From Octopus sinensis (taxonomy: Eukaryota): a DNA stretch of 64,000 nt. This document shows positions 26,184 to 39,364 of the stretch, piece by piece. The translations under genes were made by a program, and so were the position numbers. Within the stretch, counting starts at the first letter, position 1. Every line of letters begins with the position of its first letter. The stretch lies in the NCBI RefSeq assembly GCF_006345805.1, contig NC_043001.1, positions 54,188,001-54,252,000 on the forward strand, written 5' to 3'. The notes beneath the pieces are model-generated. The model was not told the DNA's origin, did no database searches, and saw only the letters and a program-made list of their open reading frames with translations.

Positions 26184-26296
26184 GGTTGAGGAAAAAGTTC
26201 GTGCGTTGTATTAAAATAATGATTTTATTATGCAAGAATTTATTCAAAAACAAAGACTATTCTTTAAAACACGGCCCACGAACTTTTTCCTCAATC
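26184..26296. mobile_element. 113-bp mariner-type MITE
   Basis: TA|GGTTGAGGAAAAAGTTCGTG ... CACGAACTTTTTCCTCAATC|TA; about 20-bp TIR with one mismatch. Confidence 0.75.
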
Positions 26297-26402
26297 TACT
26301 ACCTCAAATGTTCTTAAAATTTAAATCCACATCTTTGTCTATATATCTACCTTCTCTATAATGTTACCACTTGATATGAAAATTATGTATTAATGGAAAA
26401 CC

Positions 26403-26495
26403 TTAATGGCTGATGAGTGCTCAGCATTTTAAAACTGTTGTAATACTTACAACATTTAATAAAATGATGTAGTGCGAAACGATCGTACCAAATTA
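26403..26495 (+). ncRNA. Type I hammerhead motif, diverged homologue of 2692-2782
   Basis: CTGATGA at 26410-16; stem II GTGCT/AGTGC, CAGCATTTTA/TAAAATGATG and apical TGTTGTAA-tac-TTACAACA; GAAA at 26476-79; C-GATC-G; TA at 26486-87; stem I 3 bp plus bulge plus 3 bp. Confidence 0.72.
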
Positions 26496-26813
26496 CCGGA
26501 GTTATTTTTGCTGCTTATTTTGATTATAATCACCCCATGGATTTATATGGATAACACCATACAGAATTCTGGTGCATCCAACTTAAGTACCATATTCATT
26601 TGAATCTAATTTTTGCTGAACTTATATATATATAAAGGAATACAAAAAATGGGACAAGAACGCAAGACATCCAGACAGCTAGATGATACAAAAAGGGACA
26701 AGAAAAATACGGAAGGGTCATTCAAAGTTTTCTTTCCTCAGTCGAGTTCCAGATTATCTTTGCAATTTCGGCTGCACACACAGACACACACACATACACA
26801 CATACACAAGCAT

Positions 26814-26950
26814 GAGGTAAGCTGGCAGATTCGATACCGCGTCGGACAAATGCTTAGTGGCATTTTTTACGACTCTTTACTTTCTGAGTTCGAATACCGC
26901 TGAGGTCAACGTTGCCTTACATCGCTTCAGTCACGAGAAAATCTGTGCCA
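26814..26950 (+). mobile_element. SINE family C, degenerate
   Basis: AAGCTGGCAGA...AAATGCTTAG...TTCTGAGTTCGAAT head. Confidence 0.65.
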
Positions 26951-26994
26951 GCTGCGCACTGGACTCGATGTTATCGATTTCCCCCTCGTAAATG

Positions 26995-27122
26995 TACGAC
27001 GAGCTCTTTCAGTTTCTGTCTACCAAATCCACTCACAAGTCTTTGGTCGCCCCAAGGTACCACGCAGTGGGACTGAACCCGGAACCATGTGGATAGGAGG
27101 TAAGCTTCTTAACTCACCGCCA
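26995..27122 (-). mobile_element. SINE family A head
   Basis: TTTCAGTTTCTGTCTACCAAATCCACTCACAAG...GTGGGACTGAACCCGGAACCATGTGG. Confidence 0.85.
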
Positions 27123-27559
27123 CAAACAAATAATACTTGGATACAGTAATAGCAGCGTTTGGAAGCAGAATGTGTATACAGTAGCAAAAATGGTAAAGTG
27201 AGTAAATCATTTGTAGAGGGGAACGGTGATAAATGACCACAGAGTGATGCCTGATGCCATTCAGTTAGGTCTGTGGTTCTTACTCTGGGTCCATACAAGA
27301 TTTTCTCCAGTAAATTGTTTATTCTCCTATAGTACACAAAATATTTTAATAATTATTTTTATATAATTTCTCATAATTTTCAATTATAATATCATAGGAT
27401 TTTTAACAACGAACGTCTAGGAGGGCGCATCCAAGTAAAATAAAAATCAAAGGTGTCCCTAAGTAAAAAAAATATGGAAGAGAAACAGAGTTAGGTGATG
27501 AAGTCACAATCGTAGTAGGGTGTGCGTAGTTAGGTTATGTGTTATATCAGAAGCCATGA

Positions 27560-28075
27560 CGAATCACAGCCTGGAATGGAAACTACATGGATACATATTT
27601 TTAAAGCCTCGTATTAATTTAATCGGACACCTTTGCCGAAGCGCTAATGTTACGGGGATGTAAAGAAACCAACATGGGCTGTTAAGCAGTGGGAGCACAG
27701 ACACTAACACAAAGACACACAGATAGATGGACACATACATACATACATACATACATACATAACAAAAATCGGGATGTTTGGCGTTCAGCTGCTCAATAAA
27801 TGAAATACTATAAAACGTAATTTAATAATATTTAATATAATATTTTTATAGTATTTAATAAAGAAATTTTTATAGCATTTAATAAAGACAAAGTGGGCGT
27901 GCGTTAGTGTTTGTGCGAATGTGTGGGTGGGGGGGCAGGCTTCTTTCAGATGCTATCTACAAAATTCACTCACAAAGCTTTGATCGACATTAACATAAGA
28001 CACGTGCCCAAGGTGCCACGCAGTCGGACTGAATCCGAAGTTCTATGGTCTAGAAACAAACTTTTACCAAACTCT
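27560..28075 (-). mobile_element. SINE family A, old split copy
   Basis: Decayed 3' module at 27560-27730 and head at 27938-28075. Confidence 0.55.
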
Positions 28076-28741
28076 CGTGCCTTCGGTAAATGGTTGTGTG
28101 AGTGGACGTACTCATGCTGGTTGGGGCGATGGCGAATGAACAGAGATCATTAGTGATAGACGAAGTGTGGCAAGGGGAAGGCTGTGTCTGAAAGGTAATC
28201 GCAGACAAAGAAACACAGACGCCCAGGACAATCATAGCCATGTATTAAACATCAACACGCACATATATACGTACACACGCGTGCGCAGACCATCACACTT
28301 ATACGCACATATATATTCACGTATGAAAAACACCTATACTCTTGTGGTGAGGTGATAGAATGGAGAAAGGCTAAATCAAAGTAAAAATATACGCGAAGCG
28401 AGTTGAAACAGAACAGAATGGGAAATAGTAAATCGAAGAAAAAGATAAAAAATTCGACAAGAAAAAGAAGAGACAAATGAGGCAAATGAGCGGTATATGC
28501 AGATATACATATATATAGATATGCGTATACAGAGAAATACACCACCTCTCTCTGTATACACGAAATATACATTCATACATGTACAGACAAACACACAAGT
28601 ACACATATAAGTAGTTAGATTGAGAGGTAGATTAGGTATAGATCTTCATGCTTACATACACTCATATCTATATATATATACATGCACAAATATACGTCTA
28701 TAAACATATATACATGTATGTTTATAAACATATATGTATAT

Positions 28742-28936
28742 AGGCGCAGGCGTGCCTGTGTGGTAAGAAGCTTGCTTCCCAACCACATGGTTACTGATTC
28801 AGTCCCACTGCGTGGCACCCTGGGCAAGGCTCAGGCCGACCAAAGCCTTGTGAGGGGAATCGATAGACGGAAACTGAAAGAAGCTGTCGTATACATATAT
28901 ATATATATATGTTTGTGTGTCTGTGTTTGTCCCCCC
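28742..28936 (+). mobile_element. SINE family A head and start of 3' module, followed by (TG)n to about 29103
   Basis: GGCGCAGGCGTGCCTGTGTGGTAAGAAGCTTGCTTCCCAACCAC. Confidence 0.88.
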
Positions 28937-29011
28937 ACTACTAAATGTGTGTATGTGTGTGTATGTGTTTGTGTATGTGTGTGTGTGTATGTGTGTGTGT
29001 TTGTGTGTGTT

Positions 29012-29104
<93 letters not shown>

Positions 29105-29776
29105 TGATTCAGAAGCGATAAATTTCAGATCTGAATGCAAATGTGGAGTATTCTTTAATGCAGAAAAACGAAAGGCACCGCTTTCAACACCAATGCGTTA
29201 TTTGTTTCCGATCATCAACAGGTAAACAAAGATCACCAGGTAAACAAAGCCTGGTTTTCTTTTCAAATGTTCACTCTCTAAATATTTTTTGAAATATGAA
29301 GTGAATGTTTGAAGAAAATACTTATTTTATGTTCTTTCGTTTAAAAATCATTGTGAAAATTACGTTCAAAAACAGCTGCTTCAATCTAACTCTTTTGATT
29401 GCATTTCTGGTTCTCGTAGTAATATTATAAACATCATAAACTCCATACAATTGAAGTAATGAGAATGTGCTGTTGTTTATTCAATGTTCCAAAATGATAC
29501 TTTCAAGTACTACTTCAAATTAATGCCTTTCAATATCAATGAGTGTGCATGCGGGCGTTGCTTTTTGCTTGTGCAGAGGCATACATATACACGATCTGAA
29601 ATGTAAGATCTTTTCAGAGGCTTCATTTATCCAATGCTGATTGCTTCCATTACGGCTGCAATTTGTGATGAACTGCATCTAACAACATCATGCTAGGTCT
29701 CCGAGCCCCCAGAAATAGTTGTTGAACTTATAACATCTTTCTTCCATCCCTTACTCTATTAATATATATATATATA

Positions 29777-30415
29777 CAACTTATAAATAAGGGCAAACGA
29801 AAAATTTTCTAATGCCAAATATGCCGAAAATTGGACATATTGTCCATTTACCATATAATTTTTTCCCAGTACGCACGCTACTCGAAAAAAGGTCCACAGT
29901 AATCTCTAAAAAATTCCATTATTACCATATCGGACCGATTTCAGGGTTAGTTCAAAAAGAACCCTCCCTTCGTCAGTGATACATGTGGCAAAGAAGTAAA
30001 TGAGATACTTACTCATACCCATGGAAGAAGCAAACACTAAGTCATGAGCACAACTAAGTACCCCAAATAAATCCAAAATAGAAATACTCCAGCCCATTCA
30101 AGACACGTGCGATTTGAACTGAGGCACCCACAGAGTGGGAGAGTCCGGAAGTGAACACTATTAAATTTATATCTAATGTAGGATAAAATTTTTTCGAAAA
30201 AAATTTTATCAATGGCCAGCATATTAAAAAATACCTTTAAAGGTTAAATTATAAACAACTTATAAATATGGGCAAACGAAAAAATTTGGCATTAGAAATT
30301 TTTTCGTTTGCCCTTATTTATATGTTGTTTATAATTTAACCTTTAAACGTAATTTTTAATATGCTGGCCATCGATAAAATTTTTTTCGAAAAAATTTTAT
30401 CCTACATTAGATATA
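29777..30415 (-). mobile_element. Penelope-like non-coding element: partial direct repeat plus ~120-bp hairpin, hammerhead inside
   Basis: CAACTTATAAATA.GGGCAAACGAAAAA occurs at 29777 and 30256; arms 30168-30287 and 30295-30415 are inverted; (TA)n on both flanks. Confidence 0.65.
29923..29981 (-). ncRNA. Type I hammerhead motif with a closed stem III, AUA triplet
   Basis: Minus strand: TATCA CTGACGA AGGG-a-gg-GTTC-ttttt-GAAC-taa-CCCT GAAA TCG-gtc-CGA T A TGGTA. Stem I 5 bp including one G-U. Confidence 0.7.
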
Positions 30416-30421
30416 TATATA

Positions 30422-30529
<108 letters not shown>

Positions 30530-30794
30530 TATATATATATATTTATACTTAAATATTCATCGTCAGAAAGTCTCCACTTTTGCCTTCTCTCGTTTTGCAT
30601 GTATGCATATATCTGATTTGTTTATCCGCATAAATGCCCCCATATCAGCTCAACTTGATCCATCTTATAGCCTTTCTTTAACCTGCAGAAATGATCCCCC
30701 TGTAAAGACATCGAAATCTAAGTTTGAATCATTTGAGCACTACTTAGTGTCACTCATAGACACACACACACTCACACATACATATGTGTGTATG

Positions 30795-30829
<35 letters not shown>

Positions 30830-30847
30830 ATGTGTGTGTCTGTGTGA

Positions 30848-31168
30848 AGGCGCGTGGCTTAGTGGTTAGGGCATTTGGCTCACGATTGCAAGGTCGTGAG
30901 TTCGATTCCTGGCGACGCGTTGTTTCCTTGAGCAAGACACTTTATTTCACGTTGCTCCAGTCCACTCAGCTGGCAAAAATGAGTTGTACCTATATTTTAA
31001 AGGGCCGGCCTTGTCACACTCTATGTCACGCTGAATCGCCCTGAGAACTACATTAGGGGTACACGTGTCTGCGGATTGCTCAGTCACTTGCACGTTAATT
31101 TCACGAGCAGGCTGCTCCGTTGATCGTATCAGCTGGGACCCTCGTCGTCGTAACCGACGGAGTGCTCC
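30848..31168 (+). mobile_element. SINE family B, best-preserved copy
   Basis: A-box TGGCTTAGTGG, B-box GTTCGATTC, core CCTTGAGCAAGACACTTTATTTCACGTTGCTCCAGTCCAC. Confidence 0.9.
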
Positions 31169-31694
31169 TATATATATATACAAAATTATACATTAAAAAA
31201 TACTATATACATACATGTATACGTATAGACATATGCTACCATAGATACACTCATATGCAGATATGCACCCACGCATTAAAACATGTCAAAGAAAACTTCT
31301 TAATTTAACATTTCGAAAACCAACGGTTTTAAACGAATGAACGTAAGAATAGGCGTTTCCTTCTAAGCTGGCTTACGTGTTAGATTGCTTGAGTTTTAGG
31401 TGCGCGATTATTACACATATTTTATCTGCAGGAAGAGTTGATTGCTTCTTGCCAGTTAATCGTGACGAGACCAACAAAAGTTAATTGTCCGTGTGAATAA
31501 TGATTTTTTTTTATTTAGTCGATGCCATTTGTTTCGCTATCTGACTGGTTCTATACGGTTATATATATATGCATGTAAAATATATATAAACGTACATCTA
31601 TATCGATATGCACACACACGCATACATTATACATATCTACAAATATATAAATAAACATATATATATATATACAAACACATACACGCAAAATATA

Positions 31695-31733
<39 letters not shown>

Positions 31734-31817
31734 GCATACATACAGACATACATGCACACATGCATACACGCACACACATACATAAACACATACGCACACA
31801 TACATACCGTGTGAATA

Positions 31818-31958
31818 ATGGTATTTGACTGGTATTTACTTTGTCGATTCTGGCAAGATGAAACACAAAGTTAACCTAGGCAGGATTTTAACTCAGAAAG
31901 TAAACTGCTGAGAAAAATGCTGCAAGATATTCCGATGTTCTACGCTTCCGCTAGTTCG

Positions 31959-31961
<3 letters not shown>
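31818..31961 (-). mobile_element. SINE family C, degenerate
   Basis: CTGGTATTTACTTTGTCGA...TTTAACTCAGAA...CTAGTTCGC. Confidence 0.55.
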
Positions 31962-32027
<66 letters not shown>

Positions 32028-32199
32028 ATCTTAATATTAGCATTAGCAGAAACTAATTCCATCTACGAAAACTGATAAAGAATTCACGCGTTCGATCTCA
32101 ATCATTACAATAGCGACAAGCCATTTCCAAATGAATATAGTAGTTCAGTGGCAAACATTTTTTAAAGGAATGTTGTCAATAGAGACTAGACTTAGATCA

Positions 32200-32500
32200 T
32201 CTCTGATCTACCAGACTTATGACCACAGACTTCTGATCACCGACTTATGAATATTCCACACAGACCAACCCAATCATATTTCAGATATTGTGTTAGCAGA
32301 ACCACCTCATCTCATGTCATTTTCTCTTCTTTTTAAAAGATTGTATTCAGATGATGATTTAGCTGCTACTTCAAGATGACGAACCACCGTTCTGAGGCTG
32401 CTTTGTTGATCTCGTATAAGCTGGGGTATTCTGTCAATATTAATGATCCATTGATCATTTTCTAACCACTTTTCTGTACTCTCTGAGAATAACACATCAT
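32200..32500 (-). mobile_element. RTE LINE 3' relic
   Basis: IRDQQSSLRTVVRHLEVAAKSSSEYNLLKRRENDMRWFC resembles the RTE pattern ..CVRT.MLHGSETW...RL.RNE..M.RWMC. Confidence 0.4.
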
Positions 32501-32822
32501 CTTAGCAATATTTCTTTTCCATTTCACTTGATATGCATATTTCCTCAATATTTGTTGCAATCACTCCTACATATGTTAATTTCCAATTAGTTAAATTCAC
32601 ACCTAATAGATCCTAATGACGTACCTGTTCATTTATTCGATATTCATATTAATACCGATATGCAAATTAGTATCTCGTAAAATGTTTTTCATAATCCTAT
32701 TAATTATTTCACTATTTGGTGGGCCGACTGCAAACATTATACACAATGAAATTAATACCTTGCATTAACGTTAATATATCATTATCTCGATTCCAAATAC
32801 GAGGAGTTGGTGGAATTTTTAA

Positions 32823-32846
32823 TAACCCTAACCCTAACCCTAACCC
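32823..32846 (-). repeat. Interstitial (TTAGGG)4 telomere-type repeat
   Basis: TAACCC four times on the plus strand. Confidence 0.85.
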
Positions 32847-35774
32847 TTAACTGTGAGATGAAGAGAGTCGAGCAGCCTAAACCCCGTCGAAAACGCAACC
32901 TACCATTTAAAAAAGAAAAGGACTCGTTTGCCATGTAATCCTAGGAGCAAACAAGCAACTAAACTTACTTTACATTCCTGAAACACTTCTTTTGATTTAT
33001 TGCTGCCGATGCAGTCGCTCACCTTATTCTTCTGACTCCAGTATTTACTCTACACTAAAATTGTTTATAGTAAAGATGATTTATTTCATCTGCACCATTA
33101 TTTAGTAGCGTTCTGAACTGTTTTTGACCCACTTATATATTTATTACTTTTTTTTTACTGTCGTTATATATTTTGAAATATTCTGATAAAATAAAAATTT
33201 AGTAATTATATCGCTTCCATTACCAAATTAGAACATTTGCCAGTAGCTATAATTTTCCAATGATTTTGTAGAAAAAAATAGCATTTTTTTTATTCTTACC
33301 TCAAGTGTATTTTGAGAGTAAAGTACATGTATGGTTTCAACAAATGTTCGGACGTATCTTAAGGTTATGAACTAGACTAGCTACATAAAACATTTGTATT
33401 TCGATTTTATCATTACGACTATTGTTCTGTTGGACAGTTCTTCACCACTTATAATATTTAATGGAATTTTCAGTCATCTTTATTGTGCTGCATAGAAATT
33501 CACTATTTTAAGTAATCTTCGAATGATTCCTGATAAAGATTGAATACATTTATTATTTATATTAGATACCGCATTTTATAAGCGTGACTTTGCTGCTACA
33601 GACTGCTTTGATATAACGTTCTTAATTTATTATTGATTCCGTTTAATTACGATTAATGTATTGTCTTAATTTCCTGCTTTATACTTGCAATTGTTTTCTT
33701 TTATTGAAATATTCGGTAAACAAATATGTTTCATTATCATGGTCGTCTCATTTAAGTTTCTGCTTTAAATCGCATTGTCATAGAGCAAGAACTAAATTAC
33801 TGGAAAGCTAACACTCCGCGGTGGTTTCAATTTTCAATGTGGAACCTATTCCACAAGCTTACTCCACTAACACCTTTTATAAAACCTTGAATAATACACT
33901 GGAACTATGTTTATCAGCTAAGAAAACACATCAATACTGGTATATCTAGATTGATACCGTTTCAAATTACCGTTGCTTTTTATAAAGTTTGGAAATGTTT
34001 CAATGTAAAATCGCCTCTTCATCATATCACAAATGTAAAAGCTTTATGTATATTCGAGATTGAATAAGTAACGAACGACTCTATTGTTCATTAAATGCAA
34101 TAATAAGAAAATATCCATGAATACAATGCTTCTAAAGATGAGTCTATCAAGCCCTTTCGAGTTTCTCGATTGAATTAATCTTGCTTCGCTGCTAATTAGC
34201 TAATAGACATTATCATCTCACATCCGTAATAAATTATTGGTGATGCATCAACTAGAGAATTGATAAATTCCAAAGGAAAATGTAAGGCACAATCTCGACT
34301 GATTTATATATAACATCACCACCATAGTGTCAGGTACACAGAGATATTGAAATATTCCAGCTGTACTGTCACCCATACCGAATCTTAAACTGTTGCAACC
34401 AATCACAAGACAGAGCAGGGTACAGAATTTGCCATTAACATTGAAAATAACAATAATAAAAAAGTAGACTTTGGAGAGTTATAACTGATTGTGTCAAACA
34501 AAAGTATTCAAATTGAGACCAAGTTGCCACAGAGAATTGTCATTGAAAATTGTAGTTTGGTAAGAAAGTCCAAAGTGATATTATCAACATAACTTTTTCA
34601 TAGGCTTTTATGTTCACTTTAGTAAATAAGATACCATTGACGAGAATGATGACAACAGGAAAGTGTGCTAGCAATGGGAACTGGAGTACTATTTTGAAAG
34701 TGCAAAATTCCAACTACTTTGAGCAAAAGTAATGGAAGAGTTTAAAGTAACAAAGTCTCCTCCCCACATACACACAACATGACATAATGAAATTCCGAGG
34801 CCTGTTGTTTTGTACGAAACAGCTAATTGCATTGGGTAGGAGGAAATAGAATATCATAAAAGATGTTGAATAGTTGATCGAAGCTATGTTGAACATATGA
34901 GATGAGCTAGGTGGAACAATTAGTATTTATCCAAAATATCAAGGGAAAGTGAGATGGTATGACCAGGAAAATTCGTCAGATTACAGAGATAGAGCAAGTA
35001 TCGCAAGCAGTTGAGTCAACAAACCAATATGCATAGATGCATTAGTGGTAGCTTAGTGATGTTTACTGATGCGGACTCTCGAAAGTTGATATAAGCGCAA
35101 TCAACGTTATCTGTTTTAGGAAGATAGTGGCAAACATACCTTTATCAACTTTTAGTAAAATTTATTTTGGTAGTATTACATCGATTTTCGCTTTGAATGA
35201 CGAGGTCACATTTGTTCTGTATTGCAAATATATTTGCGTCTAATATAGTGTACGGACGCAGAACGAGCTCTGTAGTTTCGGAGTTCGCATCACAACTACC
35301 AATGCCGTTTGGGGTCTGATTCCATTGCACAGCTCCTATGGTTAGTGTCTTTTAGAATTGTCTCGAGCTGGCTGGCCAATAAGTGCTACTTTATTGACGA
35401 AAACTGTACGTAGGACGTTATATATGTATGCATACATAGGCATACATAAACACACATACATTCATATATATGCACATATACACATGCTTGTGTGTATGTG
35501 TGTCTGTGTGTAACCTGTAGATAGATTTCATGTTCACGATGAACGTATTTTACCAATACTTGTTCAACTACAAATAGTTTGACTGATACTCATGCCTGCC
35601 AGTCGTCATAGTATTAGTAAAAGTATTTCTGATTAAATAATTGCCAGGAAATTGTCTCATACTAACAAGAAACCTATCAAGAGTGCTCTTTCATTTTGTT
35701 GTTATTCACGTATATAAATATATGTTTGAGAGAGAGAGTATGAATGAGCGTGTGATATATGTGCATGCGTGTGG

Positions 35775-35807
<33 letters not shown>

Positions 35808-36181
35808 TATGTAGCATAGGGTACACACTCATACATTCCAAGACGAATAACGTACAGTATTAATTGAGTTAGTTGTTCTCACGCCAATGTCTGCTCCACC
35901 TCTTGAAATCTACGAGAACGATCAAATACGTACAAGGCAAATGTTAATGTTGATATAATTGCTAAAACAATACTGGTGCCATAGTATTGTAATAGTCCAG
36001 TAACTGGAACACTGAAAGAAGAAAAACAGAAAAATGGTCATTAATTTCTATTGAGGTGTACAAGTGAGTTCAATCACTGGTCTATGTTTTATGCAAAATC
36101 CGGAAAAATTCTTTGAGGAAGATTTTAGTATAAATAGTTAAATATTTCATGTCACAATGTGCTTTTAATATTTGGTCCGAT

Positions 36182-36612
36182 TAAGACGGCGAGGTGACAG
36201 AATCGTTAGCACGCCGGAGAAAATACTTAGCTGCACTTTGTCCGTCTTTACGTTGTGAGTTCAAATTTCTCTGAGGTCGACTTTACCATTAATTCTTTCG
36301 GGGCTTGTAAAATAGGCAGCAGTTAAGCCCTGGGGTCTATGTAAGCGACTTAACCCCTCTCCCAAAATTGCTGGACTTATTATATTTTGTCCAATATTAG
36401 GTGGTGAACTGGCGGAATCGTTAACATTCCAGAAAAATGCTTAGCAGCATTTCTTCCACTTTAGGTTCTCAGTTCAAATACCTCTAGAGTCGACTTTGTC
36501 TTTCATCTTTTCGAGGTCGATAAGATATTTACCAGTTGAGCACTAGGATTGATATAATCAACTAACCCACTCCCTGGAAACCGCTGGCCTTGTGCCAAAA
36601 TTTGAAGCCAAT
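36182..36612 (+). mobile_element. Two head-to-tail SINE family C copies (36182-36378 and 36399-36612)
   Basis: Two heads with GTTCAAAT B-box and GTCGACTTT core. Confidence 0.75.
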
Positions 36613-36831
36613 ATTATATTAGTGTAAAATCTTTTAAAGAATTGTTTAATGTATAAAAAATATTTCATTTTTATAATTTCGTAACTAAATACTTAACATG
36701 TATTAAATATTTTTATCAGTGTAAAACGTTTAGTAATCTATCTTAATGTTATGTTAAGTTGCAAAATATATCTTGCGTATTTTTTGTCTAGAATGGTTCA
36801 ATATATTAGATTTTAAATAATATTGATCTAA

Positions 36832-37177
36832 GGGCGCAGGCATAGCTGTGTGGTAAGAAGCTTGCTTTCCCAACCACATTGTCCCTGGTTCAGCTCCACT
36901 GCGTCGCACCTTAGACGTTTGTTACTATAGCTTCGTGCCGACCAAATCCTTGTGGGTGGATTTGGTACGTGGAAACTAAAAGAAGCCCATCGTATGTATA
37001 CATGTGTATTTGTATTTGTTTACCACCACTGGTTGACCGGTTTTGACGTATTTACGTCCCCATAACTTGGCGAATGAGAGCGATGGATTAAGTACTAGGC
37101 TTTAAAAAATAAGTCCTGGGGTCGATTCGTTCGACTAAAGACTCTTCAAGGTGGGTGCTGTCGAATGACTGAAACAG
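36832..37177 (+). mobile_element. SINE family A, near full length
   Basis: Head, short spacer and 3' module ending GAATGACTGAAAC. Confidence 0.85.
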
Positions 37178-37369
37178 CTTTTTTTTTTATTAAACTGAAT
37201 TTTTTGTTTCATTTCCTTATAGTAACTTGCATAATATATATATATATATATATAATCAATAAGCATACATCCTTAAATGCCGAGAGAAAGATATAAACAT
37301 AATAATTTCATAAACATGTGAATGTCAAAGTATAAGAATATATATTCTATATATACCTTTATATATTTA

Positions 37370-38231
37370 CGTGGTCTGAACAATAAGTATTTGGACTGTT
37401 GTTATAGTAACGAAGCTAAAGCACGTAGAGTAAAGCTGCTTGGAACAGATTGATCTTGAACTTTGTTGTGCATAAGCACTAAGTTTTAACGTTCTAGCTC
37501 ACTTCTGCTGTTTACAGCAGTGCTTGGAAGAAAGGTGTGTAGCGTGTGAACGTCGCATTGACCATGACAGAGAAAGTTGAGCAGATAATCAACATCAAAT
37601 TTTGCCCAAAGCTTGACGATACTAGCTCAGAGGCCAGCACAAAGTTTTTCAAAAGATTTTCATTGTTTTTGACACGATCAAGGAGATCTTGTACAGCTGA
37701 AACCCGGGTGTCTCTTTGGTCAGCAGACAGCAGTTTTAGCACAAACTTGGCAGACACGCGTCTCATACCCAAATCTTTGGGAATAATGGACTGAACTGAA
37801 CCGTAACTAGTCTGCACATCCTCTGATAACTCACGGATGGTGATTCGACGATTTACCCTCACAGCTCCACGCACATCTGCGATGTTTTTCTCAGTTCTGA
37901 TGGTTGCGGGTCTGCCAGAACATTCATCAATATAAACATTTTTCGGCTATCTTGAAAACGTCTAAACCAATCATACACTTTCTGCAACTTTACGTAGGCC
38001 TCTGAGCAGGTATCGCCATGACAACTTTCTCTGTCGTGGTCAATGCGACGATCACACGCTACTCACTTTCCTTCCAAGCACTGTTGTAAACCATGGAAGT
38101 GAGCTAGGACATTAAAACTTAGTATGTATGCACAGCAGAATTCAATGTCAATATTTACCTAGTGGCTTCGCTTTTAGTACTTTAGCTTAGTTACTATGGC
38201 AACAGTCCGGATACTTATTGATCAAACTTTG
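37370..38231 (-). mobile_element. Second copy of the 5'-5' mariner foldback, inverted relative to 5842-6721
   Basis: TA at 37368-69 and 38232-33; RRVSAKFVLKLLSADQRDTRV; same arm asymmetry and junction as copy 1. Confidence 0.88.
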
Positions 38232-38730
38232 TATGTTCGCTTACTCTCTCACCGGCTTTATACAGTAATGAAAGAGAATATGCAAATACACATGTACGTA
38301 ACTGTGCAAGCTTACATGTCATTGCAGGTTTGGCTATGTAAGTTTTATATGTGTGAATATGTATGCATATATTTTATGTTTGTACGGGATTACGTGTCTT
38401 TTATAGAATAAACATATGAAATACTAAGACATATTTAGTGTTCAATTTTCTAATTGTATTTTGAGAGTTCAAATTTCTGATTTGGTCTAATTAGCAATTT
38501 TCTTTCTACCTTTAGTTAGTTCTTAGTCATACGTTTCTGTTGAGGCAGTTGGTAACATAACCATAGGCTGCAATAAATACATGTATACTTTAAAGTTATC
38601 ACCAGTGGACTCACTGCAGAGTTCTCATTATTCGATATAGTTATGTGATTTCTCTAACTTTTATTATTATTTTGTGTATATTTTGTCTAGAATGGTTCAA
38701 CAAATTTATTGTTAAAAACTTTTGATCTAA

Positions 38731-38895
38731 GGGCGCAGGCGTGGCTGTGTGGTAAGGAGCTTGCTTCCCAACCACGGGGCTCCAAGTTCAGTCTCACTGC
38801 GTGACCCCTTAGGCAACTGTCTTTTACAATAGCCTCGGGCCAACCAAAGCCTTGTGGGTGGATTTCATAGACGGAAACTGAAAGAAGCCCGTCGC
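38731..38895 (+). mobile_element. SINE family A head
   Basis: GGGCGCAGGCGTGGCTGTGTGGTAAG...GAAAGAAGCCCGTCG. Confidence 0.85.
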
Positions 38896-38950
38896 ATATA
38901 GAAAACATTACACTAGTATATCATTCACATCACTGTAACTCCTTATATTG

Positions 38951-39320
38951 GTTTCAAATTTTGGCACATGGCTAGTAGTTTTGTAGGGGAAAGAGTACAC
39001 CTATTACACCGACTCCAGTGTCGAACTGGTACTTATTTTATTGATCCCGAAAGGATGTAAGTCAAAGTCGACCTGAGTGGAAATTGAACTCAGACCGTAA
39101 AGATGGGCGAAATGCCGTTAAACATCCCATCTGGCGTGCTAACTATTCTTATTTCTTTATTGCCCACAAGGGGCTAAACACAGAGGGGACAAACAAGGAC
39201 AGACAAAGGGATTAAGTCGATTACATCGACCCCAGTGTGTAACTGGTACTTAATTTATCGACCCCGAAAGGATGAAAGGCAAAGTCGCCCGGCGTACTAA
39301 CGTTTCTGCTAGCTCACCGC
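38951..39320 (-). mobile_element. Two stacked SINE family C copies (old copy plus long-tail copy with internal deletion)
   Basis: Core present twice; the long tail begins at 39151. Confidence 0.8.
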
Positions 39321-39364
39321 TTTAACACCTTATACTATTCTCGCGAAGACTCTCCTTTGTACAG

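Noticed and set aside
26715-26745. Minus-strand CTGAGGA-AAGAAAACTTT-GAAT motif in a PLE-like repeat (26620-26775)
   Set aside because: GAAT instead of GAAA and no stem I; cannot be supported.
30848-30920. tRNA-like head with A and B boxes
   Set aside because: No complete cloverleaf, and it continues into a SINE body; not a tRNA gene.
34780-34960. RTE-like RPVVLYET fragment
   Set aside because: Only one motif recognisable; below reporting confidence.
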